This document shows, one piece after another, positions 13,390 through 24,600 of a stretch of 64,000 nt of DNA. The notes under the pieces were generated by a model. That model was not told the origin of the DNA. It did not search any database and worked only from the letters and a program-made list of their open reading frames with translations. A program made the translations under genes and the position numbers. This DNA comes from Amphiscolops sp. MND2022 (lineage: Eukaryota): contig OZ076415.1 in the NCBI GenBank assembly GCA_964187785.1, positions 60,760,001-60,824,000 on the forward strand, in the 5' to 3' direction. The first letter of the stretch is position 1, and the number at the start of each line of letters is the position of its first letter.

Positions 13390-14320
13390 AGCCCCGAAAC
13401 GTTTACGATGCGATGTATACATGCTCCAATGAGCTCTTAACCAAAAAATACTTTACTACAAAAAGTAATTTTCCAGTCGATTTAGCCCAAAAACCCATCT
13501 TTCTCGAAGGAAAACCTTTAGGAAACAGAAAATTGAGGAAAGAAATTTTTCGGAAAAGATTTTTGATGAAGGGCTCCGGTAAGTCGCATAGTGCCGAAAA
13601 CATTGAGGAGTCCTTTACGCTCGCAAAGCGTTTCGTTTCATGTATAAATTGAGGAGGGGCTTCGGTGAAAACAAAAATTTCAAGAAAAGTCGCATAGAAA
13701 AAACACCTCTTTTTTTTAAAAAAAAAACAAAAATCGAATATAACGTGCTGCGCCTGAGAAAACGTAATATTAAAACGAAAGTTATTCCTTTTGAAAAATC
13801 TCACAATGCCGAAAACTCTAAAATGGGGCCCTTTGAGATTTTTAACATCCATTTTGTTGCAAAATTTCAAAAAAAATTGAAGGGGGACCCTATGGAGTCT
13901 TTAAAAAATTTTCGAAACAAAACATGGGAAATTTTAACAGTCTCACAGCGCCGAAAAACTGAAAAAAGGGACCCTTTGGATTTTTCAACATTCGTTCTGT
14001 TGCAAAAAATCAAACAAATTGAAGGGAGGACCCTTTTAGGACATTAAAAAATATTCGAAAAAAAGTATCACAAAGCCGAAAAAAGGGGGAAGTCTCATAG
14101 TGCCAAAAAAAGTGAGAACCATCTGCTTCGGAATACTTGTAAAAAAATTAGCGCATACGCCCGGGTTCGAACACGAACCCTCTGGGTTAAAAAGCAAACA
14201 TCTTACCACTAGACCACGAACGCCTGAACTATGCGACTCGCGGGCTGAAACGAGAGAGTTGTCGCCCGGAAAAAAGTACCCTCATTTTCACATAACACTT
14301 GCTTATCGCAAGTGTTATAA
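13390..14320. mobile_element. Modular non-autonomous repeat, copy 1 (internal subrepeats, tRNA-like segment, terminal hairpin)
   Basis: Recurrent modules (tctcacaatgccgaaaa, gggaccc) shared with 14733-16150 and 51850-52470; hairpin TAACACTTGC-TTATC-GCAAGTGTTA at 14293-14317. Confidence 0.7.
14151..14224 (-). pseudogene. tRNA-derived segment (Glu-like) inside the repeat
   Basis: A box TGGTCTAGTGG and B box GTTCGAACC; stems poorly paired. Confidence 0.6.
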
Positions 14321-14732
14321 AAGACGTTACCTTTAGGACTCGAAAAACAGTTTACCAGAAAACGTGAAAAAAACGAAGATTGTGTGTGACAGTTGACATC
14401 ACTCATATTTAATTACCTTATATGCAATGACAGCGTAGTATCTGTCCACTACTTCATAAGCTCAAATGAAAGCTTGACGTATTTTTTACGTATTGCAGAC
14501 ATCTCATAGTTATATCTCTTCAGTATTGCTGGTATACAACAACATTGTGTAAAAAAATTGCTGTTTTTTTTCAAAAAACTCTTCGATAAATTGCTAGTGC
14601 CAAAAACTTTAAGGATCGCAAACGCTTTGTGTTTGCTAAAATGGAAGGAGGACTTCAGTAAAAAAATTCAAATAGTTGCATTATTCTGAAAAACCTAAAG
14701 TGGATCTTTTTGTCTTTCCCCTACCCTTGCAA

Positions 14733-16150
14733 GCAAAAACAAGCCGGTAACGGCCCAAGTCGGCGCCCCGCTAAGGCTCAAAAAATTAATTTTTTTTTAA
14801 AATATGCAAAGTACATTTATATTTAAATTTCATCAAATTTACAGTGCCAAAAATACTTCGAGAGATACGCAAAGGACTCGAAAATCACCTCTTCCCCAAC
14901 TGCAAACAACAAAAAATCTTACCCAACCGAAAACCTGTAACAAAAAATTGAAAAAAATCGAATTTTGAATCAAACCCTAAGGAGGGGCCCCATTGGGGTT
15001 TTTCAACATCCCTTTTGTTGCCAACTATCAAAAAATTGAAAAATGGACCCTTTGGTGACTTCAAAAAATTTTCGAAGAAATCTCACTAAACCGAAACTTT
15101 GATAAAACGTTATATCCGAACTTTGAAAACGTTACGCTCGAACTTTGGAAATGTTAGATTCGAACTTTCAGTGTCAAAAATTTAACACAAAGGCGAAGCC
15201 GTGCTTCGCAAACACTTGCGAACTTTTGAAGAAAACCAAATAAGCAATATCATACGGGGAACCAAGGGTAAAAGGACATTAAAATTCCATCAATTTTACA
15301 GCGCCAAAAAATACCCGAAGGGATACGCATAAGTCTCGAAAACCATTTTTCCCCAACTGAAAGCAGCAAAAAACCCATCTTTGTTAACGAAAAACCTCTA
15401 AAAAACAGAAAACTGAGGGAAAAAATTTTCGGAAATGTTTTTGATGGTCCCCGGTAAGTCGCATAGCGCCGAAAACCTTGATGAGTCCTTAACTCTCGCA
15501 AAACGTTTTGTTTCTGGCAAAAATTGAGGAAGGGCTTCGGTGAAACAAATTTTGAAAAAGTCGCATATAAAATACACCGGTCTTTTTAAAAGAAAATAAA
15601 ATCGGATATAGTGTGCTGGGCCTGAAAAAACCTATTTTAACACGAAAATTATTCCTTTTGAAATCTCACAATGCCGGAAACTGTGAAAGAGGGGGCCCTT
15701 TGAGATTTTTAACATCCATTCTGCTGGAAAATTTCAAAAAATTGAAGGGGGACTCTTTGGAGTCTTTAAAAAACTTTCGAAAAAAAGGAGAAATTTTAAT
15801 GGCAGTCTGATAGTGATGAAAATTCTGAAAAAAGGGACCCTTTGGGATTTTTTAACATTCGTTCTGTTGCAAAATATGCATTCGTTCTTTGGAGACATTA
15901 GAAAAATTTCGAAAAAAAAGTCACAAAGCCAAAAGTCTCAATGCCGAAAGTGAGAACCTTCTGCTTCGGAATACTTGTAAAAAAATTAGCGCATACCCAC
16001 GGGTTCAAACACGAAACCTCTGGGTTGAAAAGCAAGCATCTTACCACTAGACCACGAACGTGTGAAATGTGCAACTTGCCGCATGAAATGAGTTGTCGCG
16101 CGGAAAAAAACCCCGCACTTACCCATAACACTTGCTTATCGCAAGTGTAA
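14733..16150. mobile_element. Modular repeat, copy 2, with a small nested repeat at ~15095-15235
   Basis: Starts aacaagccggtaacggcccaagtcggcg (also at ~19146); same body; hairpin at 16128-16148. Confidence 0.7.
15989..16062 (-). pseudogene. tRNA-derived segment (Glu-like) inside the repeat
   Basis: TGGTCTAGTGGTAAGAT...CTTTTCAACC; degenerate B box. Confidence 0.6.
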
Positions 16151-18118
16151 AAACACTAATATAGTGTAGATCAAATTCTAAGAATCTTTTTCTGTTTTTT
16201 TTTCAAATTGTTCAGTCAAAACGACTAACTCAAGCTCAAAGCCGACCGGGGATGATTCTTTGATGACAGTACTGTTTCGTCAAGCAATTCTAATGACGTT
16301 TTTTGCGTAAATATGTTCAACTACATGGAAGGAAAAACAACCTCGATTGCGTTATTTTCCAAATTTTGTCATGTTCTTGCACAAAACGAGAGATTTGTAG
16401 CATATGAATGCAGACGAGAGACTTGAATGTGTTGCTACTTGAATAATTCAGGGAGTTTTGACCGGTGGTCTTGTCATTACTGGTTTTTTTCTGAGTAAGT
16501 TAAAATGAGATATATTGATTGAACACAAAGTTGAAGTAAAAAGGACGCAAGACTCAAGGCCGAACTTCACAGGAGTGCATCAGCACTTTCTAAGAATACT
16601 GTGAATGACTATTTTGACTAAAAGTATAATTTTCATGTAGTTTCAGATTCAATGTTTGCGTAGCCGGGAAAAAATATATTGGAAATCCGCTCGTTTTTTC
16701 AAACAGCTCAGCTTCTAAAATCTGTCACTTCGTCGGTCAATCTGTCACTTCGTCGGAGAGCACGTTATTTTTAAATTTAAATGATTTTCGAGAGACGTTT
16801 AAGAAATGTGTCAGAAGGTAGGAGTCTTTAGAAATTCTGTAAAAAGTGGAGCTTTCAGTGTGATGTGTGGTTTGGCGAGCGGTTGTCAATCTCGGTGCCT
16901 ATAAAATCTCACAAATATAGTCGAGGTCATAGAATCGAATATAATACAGCCTACACACTTCCATTTGTTTCTCTTTAGAAAGTTTCTTCATTCAAGTTAA
17001 CGAAACATGCAAAATGATTCTCCCTTGAAATTTTCTAGTGATCTTTGAAATATCTGATGAGTTTCCCTATGAGCACATGTGCAACCTCATGGGACCGAAA
17101 AAGCCCAAATCCTTCCGATTTTCAATGTCAATGAGAATTAATGTAACCTTTGAAGAACAGCCCCTGGGCTAATTTGAAGGGCTTCAGCGCAATTAGAGCC
17201 TCAAGGAGGGCACCGCATGCAGCAGTTTTTTACTTTTTTTACATAGATCTTGTTTTGAATACAACCGGTGTTCCACATTGACGCGTAACTGGTACACCTC
17301 TATTCGTACAACCCCGCCAATAATGAATTTTCTCTTTTCGCGGAGCAAATATAAAGCAAAACAAATCAACATCAATTAACAATAAATTATTCTCCAATTT
17401 AAATTATTCATTCTTCAATCTGTTTTTACTCTATTCACAATCAAGTAACACGGCCAGTCTATGATATACATTGTTTACAAGAAAATACTAATTTCAATAG
17501 GAATGATAAAAGGTCGGCAGAAGCTCAGTGGTTGTTTGGAAACAGGAAGATGCTCATTATAGCTCATAATACTACGAGAAAAATCATGAAAACAACAAAA
17601 CTTAGCAAAACAATCATTGGGTGTGAATTCAACTTCTCCAATATGGCGTAGGTGCATGACGACACCATGACGTAATCAGGAAAAACTTGAACAAGTTACA
17701 ACTTATTCCAATGGGTACTTCCGGTTTTTCAGAGATAAGAGTCCAAAGCTCTAAAATCGACATAACATCTAGAAGTTGCAACCCAAATTGCAACTGAAAT
17801 TCGAACGCAGTGAATTTCACAAAAATTGTTTTCGCTACGAGTTGTTAGCTAACTGAGCAATCGAATGAGTCGCCAGAACCTTTTTGAGTCGAGCCAACAA
17901 TCAAATACCATCATCATTGCCACTCTTTTAGCACTAAACAGGGCTCAAAATATTTCGAAGTTTTGAAAAAAAAACGGCACATATAGAAACTGAACCGAAA
18001 AATCGAACTCAAAATCTGCGAAAAAAACTTACTTCTATAATTTAAGACATGCGAGTAATTTCAACAAATTTTGACACAAATAAATACTCTATGAGATACA
18101 GAATAATACATACAAATT

Positions 18119-18601
18119 TTATGATACGTATTCAGCCGAAAGAGAAATGTATAATGCAAATATTATTGCGAGCAATGCCAATAGCAGTGGAATGAAGTAC
18201 GCTCTCTTGTAGAACGAGACGGGTTTGTTCTGGCCGGTGGGTCCCGCGGAGACACCTTTGCCCTTCCTGGAATTATTCGCACCTTTTGTAGATTGATTTG
18301 CACTCTGATTATCATCGCCTTGCGCGGAGGATCTGTTATTACTGTTATAGTTATTATCATTAGTGGAAGATGCTGCCCCGTTGTTATTGGGGCCTTGATT
18401 TTGCTTCTGTTGGCTTTTCGTCGATTTCTGGTTTCGAGAAGATGAAGAGGTCATGGCGGATGGTGGTTGTGATGAGTTGTTGCGATTTGATTGACGCTGG
18501 AATAAAGAAGCCATTCTTGATGATGTATTCTGATTGAAATCGTTCGACATTTCTTCAGTGTAGCTCGAGTCATTCTGAGGTGAATTGCTCCTCTTCTCTT
18601 T
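18119..18601 (-). CDS. NFXL1: NFXL1 terminal exon (Asn/Gln/Ser-rich linker plus C-terminal TM helix)
   Basis: Strong tttattttcag acceptor in phase 0; ends [27 protein letters not shown], consistent with the C-terminal membrane anchor of NFXL1 proteins. Confidence 0.82.
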   Translation of the reverse strand, partial: KEKRSNSPQNDSSYTEEMSNDFNQNTSSRMASLFQRQSNRNNSSQPPSAMTSSSSRNQKSTKSQQKQNQGPNNNGAASSTNDNNYNSNNRSSAQGDDNQSANQSTKGANNSRKGKGVSAGPTGQNKPVSFYKRAYFIPLLLALLAIIFALYISLSAEYVS

Positions 18602-21600
18602 CTGAAAATAAATAAAAAAGTTACCTATAGGGTCAAAAGTCAAATCTACAGCAAAGCTTTTTTCGAAAGGGTATTGGTAATTTTGATAGGCAAATTTGAC
18701 AAGATCAATAATGCTAGTTTATAATTGTAAATATGCATCGGGATAGGTCTAAGTTAAAAAATACTTATAAGTATACCTACTTATAGTAACATACTTACAT
18801 ACTTATACCTAATACAGTAAGAGTCAGTCAATGAGATTAATGGCGGCCATAATGAATTTCATTCTGCTTGATTCAATCAAAATATAAAATGAAACACTGT
18901 CGAATCTTACTCAAAGAAAGCAAAATGATCGAGATCAAATTGAACAACGGCTTTTATAGAACAAAATTGGCCATCCAAGGAGTTTCTACCGTTACTTTCT
19001 GTTTTCACATTAATATCAAAAATAATGAGTCAATTACCTGCTGAAAGCATCTCCATGTGCCAGGTAAAAACTTACATATAAGAACTCAGAAGAAAATTTT
19101 CCAATCGTTTCCAAAATATATGATGAATTATTCCAATAAATGGCAAAACAAGCCGGGAACGGCCCAAGTCGGCGTCCCACTCAAGGTTCAAAAAGTAAAG
19201 TATCTTAAATATGCAAGGACACTCTTTTCAAAATTTAATCACATTTTTAGTGCCAAACAACTTTCTCCTCAACTGGAGGCTCTCAAAAAAAGGAAAATTG
19301 AAGAAAAAAATTCTCAGATCCCAAACCTCCGATTTTGATGCACATATAGGACTCTAATATGGTGTAGAATGACTGAACAAAATTTCGTTCGAATCGTATA
19401 GACAGTTTTACAGAAAAATGAAAAAGTCCAAGAATGGCTATTTTTGGTCAATTCCGGGCTAAATTTGGCTGTTTCTCAGATCCCAGAAACACGCTTTTGA
19501 TGCCATTGCGCACTCATGAGCACCTTTGGGTGTAGAATGATTATGCAAAATTTTATGGAAATGGTAAGGACAGTTTGAGAAATTTGAAATTTTAATTAAA
19601 AGGTCGGGAGAAAAACGTCAGAATTGCATCAGTAGTCCGACAAAATTTTTTTTCCGACTCGTAAAGAAATAGAAACAAATTGAAGGGTGACCTTTGGAGA
19701 CATTAAAAAACTTTCGGAAGTCTCAAAAAGCCCGTTAGTCTCGTCTGGTTTTGCAAATGCACGAAAACATGATTGTCGCGATTGACTTTGTTTTTGGGAG
19801 ACCAAAAGTGATTAGTCTGATGACTTTTATTTTTAGTAGAGTTACAGCAACTGAACAGTGTGAAGAAAGAAGAAAGGAATGATTCAGATTACATGAGTGA
19901 ATAAATTTACAACATCAATGAGAAGCACGTGTCTTTAGTTGTTGCGATATCTTAATCAATGAACTCGATATTAGAATTTTTGAATACAAAACGTTTTTCA
20001 GTATCTGGCGCGTCAACATTCCGCTCCCCTTGAAGCAAGTGGCTTCAATGAAAAAAAAATTTCAGAAACTGCCATGAATCTTCTTGGTGGGGAGAAGTGT
20101 TGACGGTGAGTCTGCGTCGCAATTTGTTGTAGCTGAAAATGATATAGAAGATATTTTCTTTGAGGCTGAGGAAAATGATGTCAGAAATTGGAAAGCTCGG
20201 GGAATACTTCCTGTTTTGGTGCTTTTCAATGCTCTGAATTGGGCGAGTGATTTTCCAAGCATTCCAACTCGTCCGTGGACCTCTTGCTGACACTCTGTGC
20301 GTCTTGAGTCCTCAAGTTGAAGCTTTCTGGAATCATGGCCATGTTTTGTTCGAATCATTCGAGAATAGATTTGATGCTGTTGTCCACGCTACCAGTTCAG
20401 GTTTGGATAACAAAGGTTTTGAAGGTAGTCGAACAGTCTCGTTCGAACTTAGCGATGACTGTGTACGCGTCGACGTGCCTTCTTGCATTTCAGTTGATTC
20501 CAAGGCTCTTTTAGCAATAAAGGGTCCTTGGTTCACCAGTGGCCATATAGAAAGCGCAGGGGCCGAAAGTGTTGCTAAGCTGGAGTCCGGGCGAAAACTC
20601 TGGCTCATTGCTTCCAATATTGAATCTTTTCGTTTTCTATATGGGATACAAACATTCAAAGACTTTCATCATTTATTAATGGACCGAGCAAAGTATGGTA
20701 TTGATGGAAAGCTTTGTCGTGATCTCAGTTATCATTTGACGAAACCTGGTGACCTTCTGATTCAACCTCGTTTTGCACATTGTGTTCTGACTGGTCGCAC
20801 ATCGGCTGTCGATGGAAGCACTAGTTGGCCTCTTGTGCATGAATGGGAGGGTTTGAACGTGTCTGACCATCTTCGTGGAAGTTTGGTAATAGATCGGTTT
20901 TGCAGCGGCGTCAAACGGGGCTTCATTCTGCAGTGGCTTGAGCAGATGTCCTTGGGTCGTCTGATTAAGCTTCTCAATAAAGTACTGGAGAAAAGCGTTG
21001 TCTGATTGGAAGAAATATGTGCAGGAAAAATCGTCTGAAACGTCTGCAGTCTGTTCGGAATCCAAGACTGTCAGGGCATTCCTTGTTAGAAACGAGATGG
21101 TGGAGCACCTTGAAGCCTTCCATCGCTATGAATATAACTTAAAGGAGAGTTTGAACTCGATCAAACGCTTGAAAAGAAAGTCCTTGAAGAATCGACGGTT
21201 GGCTAATTTTGGTCCATCAGTATCAGAAAGCGGACGTTAAGATTGTCCAACGTTGACTGATCTCGATTCTGATGATGAAGAACTCCCTAATGCTGCTTGG
21301 ATAGAAATATGGAATGCCACCAGCGAGTAACTAAATGATAATTTCTTTTTACTGGAACTTTTTTTAATGATTAAGCAAAATTTGATCTTCAGAAATTACA
21401 ATCGTTCATTGAATAACGTTTGATTTTTTGATTACCATAGCAATCAACAGTGTGCCAGCTCACGTGAATTAATCGAATGACTGAGTGAATTGCAGTAAGG
21501 TATTTAGACATTGAACAAAATCTTAATGGAATAGTACGTTGTCGACGCATGAACTACCTGATTCATTCGAACCAGTACGTTGCGGTTTATCAATTGATTC

Positions 21601-24600
21601 AATCTTTTTGCTGCCGAGTCATTCACAGTGTTAGTCACGCTCCCTTCTGTTTCAGGTTGATTTCTGTTACGTTTGTTCGTTTATATGACCTCTTCAATGA
21701 CTTTAAAACATGAAAATAATTTTGTAGCTGCTCAATAGTAGTGAAGATAGGGTAATAGGTGATAACTTCGAGGGTTCAGAAAATGAGATAAAATCCGAAA
21801 TTAAAAATTCGGTTTCCGAGAAGTTGTAGCAGAGAGTCTCCTGTACAATTCAAAATAAGTCCCAGACCGCTGCTATGGATAATCTCAAAAGGGGATGCGA
21901 AAAACTTCGGTCAACTTTTTGTCGATAGAACGACAAATACCAATGAATGCGATTATTAGTGTTTCAAGATACGATTTGCTTCAAGAAACCATATCAGGGC
22001 TCAATAGGAAGCTTCCTGAGCTTGACTACAGGTCTTATGATTTGACCAAATGAAGTTTTGAGTTTCGCAACTCTGTTTATGTAATCATTGCCAGAGTACA
22101 ACTGCTCAATTCTTGCCATTTTCCATCGCAAGGGGGGCATGTTGTCTTCTGCCACTAAGACAAGATCACCTTGTTGGAAGCTAGGGCCCGGATGAAGCCA
22201 TCTTTTGCGTATCTGAAGGATTACCAGGTAATCTCGATACCATGATTTCCAAAATGACCGCTTAGATACTTCGAGTAACTTGAATCTCTGTCCAAAATTG
22301 ATTTTCGCATTACGTTCAGGAACTGTAGTTAAATCTTTTGCCGATTTACCTAGAAAAAAATGTGCTGGGGTAATCGGCTGAAGGTCGTTTGGGTCACTGG
22401 ACATTGCAGACAAAGGTCGAGAATTTAGAATTCCTTCTATTCCAATTACCAATGTGTTCAGCTCTTCAAATGAAAGGACTTGAAGACCTACAACTCTGCG
22501 GAGGTGACGCTTCATACTTTTCACTGAAGCTTCCCATAATCCTCCGAAATGCGGTGACCTGGGCGGAATCATTTCCCATTCAATTGTTTCTTGCGCCATG
22601 AAACTTCCAACTGATTTTTTGTTGTTTTCCACTGCGAGAATTTCTTGTATTTTCATGATATCATTCCTAGCTCCAACAAAGTTCTTTCCATTGTCACTGA
22701 GAATTTTTCTAGGTATGCCGCGTCTGGAAATGAATCTCCGAATAGCCAAAACACATGAACCCTTCGTTAGATCTGTTACTAACTCAATGTGAACTGCTTT
22801 GATAACGAAGCAAACAAAAATAGCTATGTACGTTTTTACTCCTGGTTTAGTGTATATTGGCCCTGCCAAATCCAAACCACATATTTCGAAGGGTTTTGCC
22901 GGTGTTATCCTTTCAGCCGGCAAGTCGGCCGTGAGTTGAAAAGGTATTTTGTTTTCGAAACGACTGCACTTGCCGCATTCTCTGATCACTTTTTTCACCA
23001 GGACCTTGGAATTTGGAATCCAAAATTCTTCTCGACTGGAGTTCACAGTCAGCTCCGCCCCACAATGAAGCGTAGCTTCATGAAAATGTTGAAAAATGAG
23101 AACTGCAAGTTTTGAATCTTGTTCACAGGTTCTCAGAATTCTAACGTCGAAAGAACGCAACTTGTCGCCACTCACTGCTGACAAAGTCAATGTCCCGGGT
23201 TGAGGCCCTCAGAATCGCTTGAAGGCGTGGAAAAACTTTTCTGGTTCAAACGTTCACCTATCAAAAAGCGGAACGCCTCGCGTTTGAAACAGCAAGAGTC
23301 ACTCTTCAATTGTCTTTTTGTGGACGGCACAGGTTACATTGTTAAAATTTGATCTAACCAACTTGTTACCTTCAAAAAATACAGCCACAAAATCACGGCA
23401 ACTGAATAGCAAATCAAGTTTCATATTGTCACTGTCCGGTAAAGATTTGCAACATGTTTGGCATTTTCGACAGTTTGTCGTGCAATACTTCAGCGAAGTT
23501 GAGCCTAGAAATTTTGCTCGCTTGAGCCATTTGCTTCTCATTGTGGCAATCTGGGACCGAGTTGAATGTTACCAAAGATTTTTTCTTTGTTGAAATCGTT
23601 TGAAACTGTTGGCCTTGTAGATGACAGTTCCAACGTTTCGAGAGAAGTTTTCTGAATATTGAAGCGGAATCTTCTCAAGCAATTGAAGTTTTCTCCTGGA
23701 TCTATTAGGTATGTAGAGCAAAACCTAGACGCGGAACTCCTCTCGGAAGGCTTGTTTCTGAAAAAAAAATTTAAGGTTTAATGGAACCCCATTGATATTC
23801 GACAGTCAGTTGGATCTGTTGGTGTCTGACGAGTGTGTCCACGCGTAGCTCAAACTCAAACAGACTTTACAAGGCGCATCAACCTCTTGCTCGAATCGTC
23901 CGGCATCTGACGTCATTTCGAATACGAGTGTGTGTAATCCGATTTGTTGGATACCGTAGTAGGGACACTTTTACCGTTCTCTATAGAAAAAAACATCCTA
24001 GTGCTTCTAGTATGGCTTCGAGAGAGGTGGAGAAACTGGTTTGTCGTCCTTCGAAATGAAATTTCTGAAATAAAATCAACTTTTGTTCATTCAAGAACTT
24101 TCAATGATATCAGCCGAAAAATCGTTGGGAACTGATCTCGTTTTTCAATTTTTGTCGGATAGAAAACTCCTTTTGACGGCCGCCTCGTCGTTGCAACAGC
24201 TGACATTAGGCAACCACCTCCGCCGAAGGGCACTTTTTCATTGCTTCAGGAAAATCGTTAGAATGGAACAGGGCAGCGACTCTTGAAAATCGCAATTGTC
24301 GAAGTCGGAAATTGATACAATATTAAAGGAAGAATGCGTTTTTGCCAACAGTTGAAAGATGTGCCTGTAAATACAATTCGAATTGTCGAGAGGCGGAGCA
24401 AGAGGCCATCACTGAGAAACATGAAGTTGAAAGAGAAAGATGCAAGTTTTCACTTCTGTAGCTAAGGATGAGGTTGCCTCTTCTGTAGTGAATGAGTGGC
24501 AAAAAACAAGTGCAGCCGTTACCAGAAAACTGAATAGGCTAGTCAATGAGCCTGAAAAAGTAACTGTTTTTGAACGGCTTTGTTACGCTTCAATTGCAAT

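Noticed and set aside
14151-14224. Functional tRNA genes here and at 15989, 52310 and 55271
   Set aside because: Stems are mismatched, anticodon loops differ between copies and three copies are embedded in a repeat family
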